DNA of 32,000 nt from Candidatus Brocadia sp. GTDB taxonomy: Bacteria > Planctomycetota > Brocadiia > Brocadiales > Brocadiaceae. Each line of letters opens with the position of its first letter. The first letter of the stretch is position 1. Under the pieces are notes generated by a model. The model worked only from the letters and a program-made list of their open reading frames with translations, ran no database searches and was not told the DNA's origin. Where the stretch lies: contig CP091279.1 in NCBI GenBank assembly GCA_021650915.1, positions 480,001 through 512,000 of the forward strand. The letters run 5' to 3'. The position numbers and the translations under genes are program-made. This document shows, one piece after another, positions 1-8,028 of this stretch.

Positions 1-617
1 TGAACATTCAGGACAAAAAATGTGTGGTGGTGGGTGGTGGCAATGTTGCGTGGCGCAAGGTGTGCAGCCTGAAAGAGGCGGGCGCAAAAGTTACCGTAGT
101 GTCGCCTGACTTTTGTCCGGAACTGGAAAGAGAAACGGGTGTGGAACGGATTCAGCAGAAATACACTACGGATATCCTGAAAGGTGCCGCTCTTGTGGTT
201 GCCTCTACGGACGATGGCGTGGTGAATAAAAAGGTTTATAGCGATGCAATGGAGCGCGGGATTTTAGTGAATGTTGTCGATAAACCGGATTTGTGTTCCT
301 TTATTGTGCCGGCATCTATTCAGCGGGGCGATCTGTGCATCAGTATCTCAACGGGTGGGGCAAGTCCGGCGTTGGCCAGGAATATCAGAGAATACCTTGA
401 AGGACAATTCGGTGCAGAGTACGGTGAATTTACGCACCTTTTGTCAGAGGTGCGACAAAAAATGCTTTTGGAAATAAAAGATGAAGCAATAAGACGTGAT
501 ATCTTACAGCGTATTGCAGGGTTTGATATCCTTGAAATAATAAAGCGGAAGGGTGTATCGGAGGCGAAAAGGAAGATATTGGAGATCGTCTCTGAAAAAA
601 TTCCCGGTGATAAATAA
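1..617 (+). CDS. Precorrin-2 dehydrogenase / sirohydrochlorin ferrochelatase (short SirC/Met8/CysG-N type siroheme synthase), 5'-partial
   Basis: Frame 3 is open from the window edge (NIQDKKCVVVGGGNVAWRK...), so the listed GTG at 24 is probably internal. There is a Rossmann motif VVGGGNVA..K followed by VTVVSP. The ISISTGGASPALA motif is typical of the siroheme synthase N-terminal domain. Stop at 615-617. Confidence 0.8.
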   Translation, partial: NIQDKKCVVVGGGNVAWRKVCSLKEAGAKVTVVSPDFCPELERETGVERIQQKYTTDILKGAALVVASTDDGVVNKKVYSDAMERGILVNVVDKPDLCSFIVPASIQRGDLCISISTGGASPALARNIREYLEGQFGAEYGEFTHLLSEVRQKMLLEIKDEAIRRDILQRIAGFDILEIIKRKGVSEAKRKILEIVSEKIPGDK

Positions 618-774
618 GTCGACAAAATCTATAGACTTCTTTTTGCTTGCAAGATTTTTTTTAGCGTGTTAAGATTAAAACTATTTAGTTTACATTACCC
701 AACGTGTGGTATGGGTGGCATTTATTTAACGATTATTCGACATGACGATTCGTGTCATAAGACTGGGAGTTTAA

Positions 775-1665
775 ATGGCTGAAAAGAGTGCAAAGCAAAG
801 AGTAGACCTGAACGAATTAAAGTCAGGCGGTTTCATAAAACAGAATCAGAAAGACCTGTTTACGGTTAGGTTGAAAGTGCCGGGAGGAAGGATTACCCCG
901 GAAAAGTTGGCGCAGATTGCAGAGATTGCTAAAAAATACAGTCGGATGGGATTTTGTCATTTAAGCTTCAGGCAATCGGTGGAAATCGTTGGTGTGCATA
1001 TTGATGATTTTGATGCTGTGGTAAAAGAGTTGGCTGCGGTGGGACAAAAGGTTGCTTCCTGCGGTCCAAGGGTACGAGTCCCTACGGCATGCGGGGGCTG
1101 TGAATATAATCCCAACGGGATTATGGATACGCAATCAAAGGCATTGGAGGTCGACGAAAAGTTTTTTGGCATCCCATGTCCCCATAAATTTAAGATTGGA
1201 TTTTCTGGTTGCCCGATTGATTGTACGAGGACGCGGGAAATGGACTTGGGCTTTCAGGGAGTGGTTTACCCGGTATGGAGCAAGGATTTGTGTAACGGCT
1301 GTACCCTATGCGCTAAGGCGTGTCAGGAAGGCGCGATTATCTCTGATAAGGAGGGCAGACCGGTATTTGACGAATCTAAGTGCGTGTATTGCGGCGATTG
1401 TATCCGTGCGTGTCCAACAGACGCCTGGAAGGACAAGAAAAAGGGCTGGCTGGTGCGTACGGGGGGGAAACACGGAAGACATCCGCGCGAGGCCGATTCG
1501 GTGTTAAATTTTCTGCCGGATAATAAGGTTAACGATTTTGTTGACGCTACCGTAAAATGGTACAAGGAGAACGGCAAGCCGAAAGAGAGAATGGGTTCCT
1601 GCATAGACCGCGTTGGTTTAGAAAAGTTTAAGAAAGACGTCGTTGGTGCATTTCTAAAAAACTGA
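775..1665 (+). CDS. Small nitrite/sulfite reductase-family siroheme/[4Fe-4S] protein with an inserted 2x[4Fe-4S] ferredoxin domain (Dsr-like / low-molecular-weight SiR type)
   Basis: GGGAG RBS lies 5 nt upstream of the ATG. The N-terminus resembles the NIR_SIR ferredoxin-like half-domain (FTVRLKVPGGRITPEKLAQIAEIAKKY..HLSFRQSVEIVGV). Cys clusters TACGGCEYN and GCPIDC are present. Two ferredoxin motifs are CNGCTLCAKAC and CVYCGDCIRACP. Confidence 0.7.
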   Translation: MAEKSAKQRVDLNELKSGGFIKQNQKDLFTVRLKVPGGRITPEKLAQIAEIAKKYSRMGFCHLSFRQSVEIVGVHIDDFDAVVKELAAVGQKVASCGPRVRVPTACGGCEYNPNGIMDTQSKALEVDEKFFGIPCPHKFKIGFSGCPIDCTRTREMDLGFQGVVYPVWSKDLCNGCTLCAKACQEGAIISDKEGRPVFDESKCVYCGDCIRACPTDAWKDKKKGWLVRTGGKHGRHPREADSVLNFLPDNKVNDFVDATVKWYKENGKPKERMGSCIDRVGLEKFKKDVVGAFLKN

Positions 1666-1679
1666 CCTAAAAACTGATA

Positions 1680-2108
1680 TTGATAATCATGAAAAACAGA
1701 AAAAAATTTGTTATCTTTGCACATAGCGGAACGTATGATAAATTGTATCAGATTATTACGTTGGCTATTACGGCGGCATCGATGGGAAAAGAGACCTACA
1801 TTTTCCTCTTTTTCTGGGCATTAAAAAGATTCGTGAACGAAGAGTTTGATCCTGCAAGACTCGTTGGTGAATGCGGTGCAGAGGGTGAAAAATTGTTGAA
1901 AAAAATGCAGGCGCTAAATCCCATTTCACTCAAAGAATTACTGCATGACGTAAGGGCCATGGGAAATTTAAAAGTGTATGCTTGTACTGGCGCGGTGAAA
2001 CTGATGGAATTGGAAGAGGTGGTTGTCAAAACAAAAGTAGATGATATTCTGGGATTGACAACCCTTTTGGAGATAGCGGCTGGCGCTGAAACACAGTTGT
2101 TTATCTGA
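1680..2108 (+). CDS. DsrE/DsrF-like (COG2210 peroxiredoxin-like) sulfur-relay family protein
   Basis: About 140 aa. KKFVIFAHSGTYDKLYQ...ITAASMG at the N-terminus and a conserved Cys in VYACTGAVKLM fit the DsrE-fold family. The more likely start is the ATG at 1689 (MKNRKKF); the listed start at 1680 is TTG. Confidence 0.6.
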   Translation: MIIMKNRKKFVIFAHSGTYDKLYQIITLAITAASMGKETYIFLFFWALKRFVNEEFDPARLVGECGAEGEKLLKKMQALNPISLKELLHDVRAMGNLKVYACTGAVKLMELEEVVVKTKVDDILGLTTLLEIAAGAETQLFI

Positions 2109-2127
2109 CGGAAGATGAGGTTGTGTT

Positions 2128-3090
2128 GTGACAATTCGTATGACAGAGAAAACGGATATGAGATACCAGCCGAAGAAGGCCGGCGTTACTTCGATCCTGG
2201 ATAAGATCGGGAATACGCCTCTTTTAAAACTTAGCAGGGTTGTGCAGGGGTTAAGAAACAATGATGTGGAAATCTATGTCAAGGCAGAATGGTTAAACCC
2301 GGGCGGGTCGGTAAAGGATCGGGCTGCATTACGAATTGTTGAAGAGGGTGAAAAAACGGGCAGGTTAACCAGGGATACCGTCATCATAGACTCTACTTCC
2401 GGGAACACGGGTATTGCTTATGCCCTCATTGGCGCAAAAAAGGGATACCGGGTAACGTTAGTGATGCCGTTGAATGTTAGTGAAGAAAGAAAGAGAATCG
2501 TGCGTGCACTTGGGGCTACGATGATATTCACTGACCCGCTGCTGGGGTCTGATGGCGCCATGTCTGAAGCGAAAAGGATTGTGACTGCAGATCCTTCAAG
2601 GTATTTTTACGCCGACCAGTATAATAACGATGCCAATTGGAAAGCGCATTTTGAAACGACGGGGGTAGAGGTCTGGGAACAAACGGGAGGTGGCGTGACA
2701 CATTTTGTTGCGTGTCTGGGAACGAGCGGTACGCTTATGGGGACCGGCCGGCGGTTGAAGGAATACAATCCTGATATTCAGGTGGTTGCAGTTGAGCCCG
2801 CTACTCCCATGCACGGATTGGAAGGTATGAAGCATATGGCCACATCAGTTATCCCCGGCATTTATGACGAGCATTTTCCTGACAGGAAGATCGCCATAGA
2901 AACAGAAGACGCGTATATGTCAGTAAAAAGGCTTGCTGCGGAAGAAGGATTGTTTGTGGGATACTCTTCCGGAGCGGCGCTCGTGGCATCCATAAAAATT
3001 GCTAATGAAATTGAGACCGGCACCGTGGTTACGGTCTTTCCCGACAGAGGGGATCGTTATTTGAGTACGAGTTTTTGGGCTGGTGAGTAA
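2128..3090 (+). CDS. PLP-dependent cysteine synthase (CysK/CysM family)
   Basis: GNTPLLKL, the PLP-lysine motif NPGGSVKDRAA, SSGNTGIA and GTSGT are canonical for the beta-family cysteine synthases. GTG start with GATGAGG RBS. The adjacent JAMM protease suggests a CysM-type enzyme that uses a sulfur-carrier protein. Confidence 0.9.
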   Translation: MTIRMTEKTDMRYQPKKAGVTSILDKIGNTPLLKLSRVVQGLRNNDVEIYVKAEWLNPGGSVKDRAALRIVEEGEKTGRLTRDTVIIDSTSGNTGIAYALIGAKKGYRVTLVMPLNVSEERKRIVRALGATMIFTDPLLGSDGAMSEAKRIVTADPSRYFYADQYNNDANWKAHFETTGVEVWEQTGGGVTHFVACLGTSGTLMGTGRRLKEYNPDIQVVAVEPATPMHGLEGMKHMATSVIPGIYDEHFPDRKIAIETEDAYMSVKRLAAEEGLFVGYSSGAALVASIKIANEIETGTVVTVFPDRGDRYLSTSFWAGE

Positions 3091-3127
3091 AGAAAAGAGA
3101 GATTGCATCGGTTGAGGGATTGAAGGC

Positions 3128-3544
3128 ATGCTGTGTATTGACAAGAATAATCTCCGTGAAGTCGGGAATGAAGCAAAAAAAAGTTATCCTGTGGAGTGTT
3201 GCGGGTTATTAATTGGCACAAATACCTCAGAAAAAAAGGTGGTTGAAGTTCGTCCCATCCGAAATACGAATACGGAAAGAAGTCATGATAGATACGAAAT
3301 TGATGGCAGTGCGTTCGTGAAAGCCGATAAAGAGGCAGCTCGAAAAGGCCTTCAGATCATTGGTATATATCATTCTCATCCTGATCACCCGCCAGTCCCG
3401 TCAGCTTTTGATACAGAGCATGCTTGGTGCGGTTATTCTTACCTGATCGCCGCAGTGGAAAACGGAGAGACTCTCGAGATCAGATCGTGGGTGTTTGATG
3501 AAGAGAAAAAACAGTTTCAGGAAGAAGAAATAAATTTGTGCTAA
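3128..3544 (+). CDS. JAMM/MPN+ zinc metalloprotease (Mec+/Mov34 family)
   Basis: Conserved Glu (VECCGLLIG) plus the JAMM motif HSHPDHPPVPSAFD (HxHx7Sx2D). Size is 138 aa. Confidence 0.85.
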   Translation: MLCIDKNNLREVGNEAKKSYPVECCGLLIGTNTSEKKVVEVRPIRNTNTERSHDRYEIDGSAFVKADKEAARKGLQIIGIYHSHPDHPPVPSAFDTEHAWCGYSYLIAAVENGETLEIRSWVFDEEKKQFQEEEINLC

Positions 3545-3629
3545 GCGGTGATGGTAGGTATTATTAAAATAAAGACGATATTCTGAAGGGCTTTGATTTC
3601 GTGAACTTGCAATTTGCAAATAAGTCAAC

Positions 3630-3890
3630 ATGGAAGGTTCTAAAATGACAGAGGAAGAAAAGATGGCACCTGACGACAAAATTGATCTCAGAGGGGTGCT
3701 TTGTCCTATAAACTTTGTAAAAACAAAGTTAAAGCTGGAAATGATGGATTCTGGTCAGGTTTTGGAGGTGATTTTAGACGATGGTGAACCCATCAGAAGC
3801 GTCCCAAGGAGTATTAAAGAAGAAGGGCATAAAATTGTAAAAGTAGAGAATTTGGAGGGCGGATATCGTTTATTGATAAAAAAGTCATAA
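3630..3890 (+). CDS. TusA/SirA-like sulfurtransferase
   Basis: DLRGVLCPINFVKTKLKLEMMDSGQVLEVILDD has the TusA-family active-site Cys context, though it reads CPIN rather than CPxP. The start may be the ATG at 3645, which has a GGAAGG RBS 6 nt upstream. Confidence 0.7.
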   Translation: MEGSKMTEEEKMAPDDKIDLRGVLCPINFVKTKLKLEMMDSGQVLEVILDDGEPIRSVPRSIKEEGHKIVKVENLEGGYRLLIKKS

Positions 3891-3916
3891 AATTTGAAGG
3901 AGATGCCTTTTTACAG

Positions 3917-3945
3917 AAAATTATTCTTGACTTTTCCTATCGATA
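3917..3945 (+). promoter_or_regulatory. Sigma70-like promoter for the Rieske/cyt b operon
   Basis: TTGACT at 3917-3922. It is followed by TATAAT at 3938-3943 (15-nt spacer) or TAATAT at 3940-3945 (17-nt spacer). It sits about 100 nt upstream of the Rieske start codon. Confidence 0.5.
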
Positions 3946-4041
3946 AATATAATATTCGCCTTTCATAAACTGAGAGTAATTATGCACAAAAGACCTTGAA
4001 TAATTAAAAAAAATTGCGGTTTTTTACCGGAGGAGAGCGTT

Positions 4042-4560
4042 ATGGAAAGAAAAGAAGAAAAAAAAGGTTTTTCATCTGAGAAGGAAGGGGGAATTTGGTT
4101 TACTTTTTCCCGAAGAAACCTTCTGACATTGGCTGGATGGGGTTTGTTTTTTGCTTCCATTGGGGCGTATTTATCGCAGATTATGGGGTATAAAGGTTTT
4201 TTTTACCCCAAGGTGCTTTTTGAGCCTTCACCGCGATTTTCTGTCGGGGACCCAAAAGCCTTTTCAGAAAATTCAGTAACAACCCTCAAGTCCAGAAAAA
4301 TATTTGTTGTGCGTGACGGAAATAGTTTCAAGGCTATATCAGTGGTATGTCAGCATTTGGGGTGTGCGGTAGAATTTTCCAAGGAAAAAAATATCTTTGA
4401 GTGTCCATGCCATGGTAGCAAGTACTATCGAAACGGGGTGAACTTTGCCGGCCCTGCGCCCAGACCTCTCAACCACTTTGAAATTATTTTGGATGACAGT
4501 GGTAGGCTGGTTGTTGATACGAGCAAAATTGTGCCACTTGAAACGGAGTTAGTTGTATAA
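4042..4560 (+). CDS. Rieske [2Fe-2S] subunit of a cytochrome b complex
   Basis: Cluster-binding boxes CQHLGC and CPCHGS are present. The N-terminus has a twin-arginine motif SRRNLLTLAG followed by a TM helix. GGAGGAG RBS. Confidence 0.9.
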   Translation: MERKEEKKGFSSEKEGGIWFTFSRRNLLTLAGWGLFFASIGAYLSQIMGYKGFFYPKVLFEPSPRFSVGDPKAFSENSVTTLKSRKIFVVRDGNSFKAISVVCQHLGCAVEFSKEKNIFECPCHGSKYYRNGVNFAGPAPRPLNHFEIILDDSGRLVVDTSKIVPLETELVV

Positions 4561-4608
4561 TCATGTGACAGTTTATAAAAAGAATATTTTTTAGAAAGTC
4601 AGTGTTTT

Positions 4609-6369
4609 ATGAGTCAAACGACTTTGCCAAAAAAAGGAATAAAAGCACTTCTTGATCTGGATTGGTTACAACAAAATATTCGTTGTCAGCATCGATGCCC
4701 AGCCCATATGGATGTTCCAGGCTATATCCGTTTAATTAGCCAGGGCAAATACGCAGAATCATACAAATTAATGAGAGAGACCAATCCTTTTCCCGCCGTA
4801 TGTGGATATGTTTGTCCGCACCCCTGTGAATCAAAATGTAAGCGTGGTGATTTTGATAGGCCGGTAGCAATAGATGCATTAAAACGATTCGTCACCGACC
4901 ATATTTTTAAAAATAAAATAAAAATTCCACCACCAACGGTAGCCAAGAGAGACGAAAAGATCGCGGTGATTGGGGCAGGTCCCGCTGGTTTAACGGCCGC
5001 GAATGACCTTGCCGGAATGGGTTATTCGGTGACCGTTTTTGAAAAGGAGTCTCAGGTTGGTGGCATGATGATGTGGGCGATTCCATCGTATCGGTTGCCG
5101 CGTGAGCAGATTATGTTTGACGTGAGCCAGATCGTTGCTCGCGGTGTTGAGATAAAAACAAACGCTTCTATTGGAAGTCCGGGAAAATCGATTCATGATT
5201 TATTCAAGGAAGGCTACAAAGCAGTATTTATTGCGGTTGGTGCGCAAAAAGGGAAAAGGCTTGAAATTCCAGGTGAGGAAGGTACGCAGGGTGTCATGGA
5301 TTGCCTGGAATTCCTGAAAAATGTGAATGACGGTGATGTAAGGAGCCCGGGGAAAAAAGTTGCGGTCATAGGTGGTGGTAATTCTGCTATTGATGCAGTG
5401 AGGACGGCCAAGCGTCTCTGTCAGGACGCATTTATCGTGTATCGAAGAACGAGAGGGGAAATGCCCGCTTTGCCTTGGGAAATTGAAGAGGCAGAACATG
5501 AGGGCATTCAATTCCATTTTTTGTCAGCGCCTATCAGGATTGTAACTGAACAAGGGAAAGTAAAGGCTCTGGAGTGTGTTAAAATGCAACTCGGTAAACC
5601 TGACAGCAGCGGAAGGAGACGGCCTGAGCCTGTTCCTAATTCAGAATTTACCATTGAGACGGATTGCATTATTACCGCAATTAGTCAGGAAGCCGATCTG
5701 AAGTTCCTTGGCGATGATTATGGTTTAAATGTCACCAAATGGGGCACGATTGCGGTAGATGAAAATCTCGTGACCAATAAAGCAGGTGTTTTTGCCGGAG
5801 GTGACGTAACGCTTGGCCCAAGCACGATTATCGAATGTATTGCGCAAGGGCATACTGCAGCGAAATCTATCGATAAATATATCAGAGGGGAAGAAATTCA
5901 AAAGCCCAAGGAAAAGGTCTGGGTGACTCTTTTAGAGAATGAGTTCGATGAGCGTGAGGGAAATTATGATGCTGTGCCTCGTCAGCAAATGGGATTGTTG
6001 CCCGTAGAAAAACGAGAGGGAACTTTTGATTTGGTAGAACTCGGTCTTACCGAATCTCAGGCTAAGATAGAAGCTTTGCGTTGTTTGAAGTGTGACCTCA
6101 GCATCAATGTGGAGACTAATGAATGTATTCTTTGTGGTCGTTGCAGCATGGTGTGTCCTGTAGGTGCCCTAAAGCAAGTGGATGTGAGCAACGAAGGCAA
6201 AGACTATCGTCCGTTTGTCAGTAAGGATGGAATAGTAATAAAATACACCGATGTGTGTATTCGGTGTGGGAATTGTAAAGATTGTCCGGTGAGCGTAATA
6301 ACCTTAAAGCGTGTGCTTTGGAAGCCGAATGAGGAAATAAACAAAACAATGGAAGAAACGGAGGAATAG
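4609..6369 (+). CDS. GltD-like NAD(P)H:FAD oxidoreductase subunit with N-terminal FeS site and C-terminal 2x[4Fe-4S] ferredoxin domain
   Basis: The N-terminal Cys pattern (CQHRCPAH...CGYVCPHPCESKC) resembles the glutamate synthase small subunit. Two dinucleotide folds are IAVIGAGPAGLTAA and VAVIGGGNSAIDA. GGD is also present. C-terminal motifs are CILCGRCSMVCP and CIRCGNCKDCP. No TM helix is evident. Confidence 0.85.
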   Translation: MSQTTLPKKGIKALLDLDWLQQNIRCQHRCPAHMDVPGYIRLISQGKYAESYKLMRETNPFPAVCGYVCPHPCESKCKRGDFDRPVAIDALKRFVTDHIFKNKIKIPPPTVAKRDEKIAVIGAGPAGLTAANDLAGMGYSVTVFEKESQVGGMMMWAIPSYRLPREQIMFDVSQIVARGVEIKTNASIGSPGKSIHDLFKEGYKAVFIAVGAQKGKRLEIPGEEGTQGVMDCLEFLKNVNDGDVRSPGKKVAVIGGGNSAIDAVRTAKRLCQDAFIVYRRTRGEMPALPWEIEEAEHEGIQFHFLSAPIRIVTEQGKVKALECVKMQLGKPDSSGRRRPEPVPNSEFTIETDCIITAISQEADLKFLGDDYGLNVTKWGTIAVDENLVTNKAGVFAGGDVTLGPSTIIECIAQGHTAAKSIDKYIRGEEIQKPKEKVWVTLLENEFDEREGNYDAVPRQQMGLLPVEKREGTFDLVELGLTESQAKIEALRCLKCDLSINVETNECILCGRCSMVCPVGALKQVDVSNEGKDYRPFVSKDGIVIKYTDVCIRCGNCKDCPVSVITLKRVLWKPNEEINKTMEETEE

Positions 6370-6435
6370 GAGGATAATTCTTATTATGGGGGGAGGAAAG
6401 AGTACACAAAAAATGGTGGAGAAAGGGATGTTTAC

Positions 6436-7206
6436 ATGAAGCTAATTCCTGATTTGATAAAAAAAATTACAGACAATGAAATTTGGAGGTCTGTATTTCG
6501 CCATGGCTACACAGATACCCCAAGGAACAGAGCTCTTCAAATCATAAGCAACGTATGGTTGCATTTGCACCCTGCAAAAGTGAGGGAGCATGGTACGAAG
6601 ATACGGTTTACCTGGTGTATGGGGGGGATAACATTTTTTATATTCCTGTTTGAAACAATAACAGGTATTCTTTTAATGTTTTATTACGTCCCCGATGTGA
6701 ACAGGGCATATGCAGATATCGTTGATTTAATGTATGTAGTGCCGTTTGGAAGGTTTTTGAGAAATTCTCACCGATGGGGCGCTCACGCAATGGTTATTAC
6801 CGTAAGCATTCATATGTTTCGGGTATTTTTAACCGGTTCGTATAAACCGCCAAGGCAGTTCAATTGGGTGGTGGGTGTCATTTTGCTGGTTCTCACATTT
6901 TTATTAAGTTTTACCGGCTACTTGTTGCCTTGGGATCAGTTAGGCTATTGGGCTATTACCGTAGGCACCAATATGGCGCGTGCAACGCCTTTTTTAGGCC
7001 ATGAAGGACCGTTTTCGTATATTCTGGGGATGAGAGCGGATAATGACGTTCGCTTCGCCCTATTAGGTGGAACGTCAATTGATGCTCCGGCATTGCTCAG
7101 GGCTTATGTATGGCACTGTATTGCAATACCGTTGATGGCATCAGCGCTTATGATGGTGCATTTCTGGAGAGTGCGCAAAGACGGTGGGATTTCCGGTCCT
7201 TTATAA
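6436..7206 (+). CDS. Cytochrome b6-type subunit (N-terminal half of cytochrome b)
   Basis: [23 protein letters not shown] gives H-x13-[14 protein letters not shown] is present. [17 protein letters not shown] gives H-x14-H, the b6-type spacing. WCMGGITF aligns with the CLGGIT motif whose Cys binds heme ci in b6f. Confidence 0.9.
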   Translation: MKLIPDLIKKITDNEIWRSVFRHGYTDTPRNRALQIISNVWLHLHPAKVREHGTKIRFTWCMGGITFFIFLFETITGILLMFYYVPDVNRAYADIVDLMYVVPFGRFLRNSHRWGAHAMVITVSIHMFRVFLTGSYKPPRQFNWVVGVILLVLTFLLSFTGYLLPWDQLGYWAITVGTNMARATPFLGHEGPFSYILGMRADNDVRFALLGGTSIDAPALLRAYVWHCIAIPLMASALMMVHFWRVRKDGGISGPL

Positions 7207-7256
7207 GAAGTGGTGATTTAGCATAATTTAGAGAGATATTTCTGAGGAGTGGTTCC

Positions 7257-7979
7257 ATGGAAGTTAGGCAGGAAAAGAAAGGAATGGTTGAAGTTAAGGA
7301 CGATAAGGTGTTTACATGGCCCACCCTGGTTGCTAAAGAATTTTTAGCGGCTATTTTTGTTACGGTTGGGCTGCTATTCTATTCGTACTTTGTAGACGCG
7401 CCTCTCAGGGAGTTGTCAAATCCTGGACAGGCAGAAAATCCGGCTAAGGCACCATGGTATTTTTTGGGTCTGCAAGAGGCATTGGTTTATTTTGATCCAT
7501 GGTATGCTGGTGTTATACTGCCAAGCATTATCATTGTAGGACTGATTCTCATTCCGTATTTGGATAATAACCCGAAGGGAAATGGTTATTATACTTTTAA
7601 GGAAAGAAAATTTGCCGTAACCACGTTTGTTTTCGGGTACATTTTTTGGTATGTCCTGATCTACATTGGTACGGCTCTGAGGGGGCCATTTTGGGCTTTT
7701 TTTTGGCCGTGGGAACCGTGGACGCACGATTTTCCTACCCCTCCGCCAATGCATGATTTGCCTTTGCCTTTAGGAGTTGTTCTTTTGGGCGGTTTTTATT
7801 TTGCGGGATTAGTGCTTCCGGCATTAGTAAAAAAAGATTTTTTCATGAAGTTGGGCGTTATTCGATATTCACTTACGATGGGGTTACTCCTGACGATGAT
7901 TGGGACGGTAATTAAAATGGTGTTTCGTCTGGCGTTTAATGTAAAGTATATTATCGCTACGCCTTGGATTAACATATGA
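7257..7979 (+). CDS. Cytochrome b C-terminal half / subunit IV-like membrane protein
   Basis: The Qo-loop motif region reads NPAKAPWYFLGLQEAL, so APWY stands in place of PEWY. It is followed by several hydrophobic helices. At 240 aa it is longer than canonical PetD. Confidence 0.8.
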   Translation: MEVRQEKKGMVEVKDDKVFTWPTLVAKEFLAAIFVTVGLLFYSYFVDAPLRELSNPGQAENPAKAPWYFLGLQEALVYFDPWYAGVILPSIIIVGLILIPYLDNNPKGNGYYTFKERKFAVTTFVFGYIFWYVLIYIGTALRGPFWAFFWPWEPWTHDFPTPPPMHDLPLPLGVVLLGGFYFAGLVLPALVKKDFFMKLGVIRYSLTMGLLLTMIGTVIKMVFRLAFNVKYIIATPWINI

Positions 7980-8028
7980 ATTGTCGTATAATGGCTACAT
8001 TTTAAGTATTTCCAAAAATAGGTGAAAT

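Noticed and set aside
1052-1724. Overlapping ORFs (1052-1507 plus strand, 1323-1724 minus strand) inside the sulfite-reductase-like gene
   Set aside because: They are Arg-rich or low-complexity alternative-frame translations of a gene with clear FeS and siroheme motifs. They are not independent genes.
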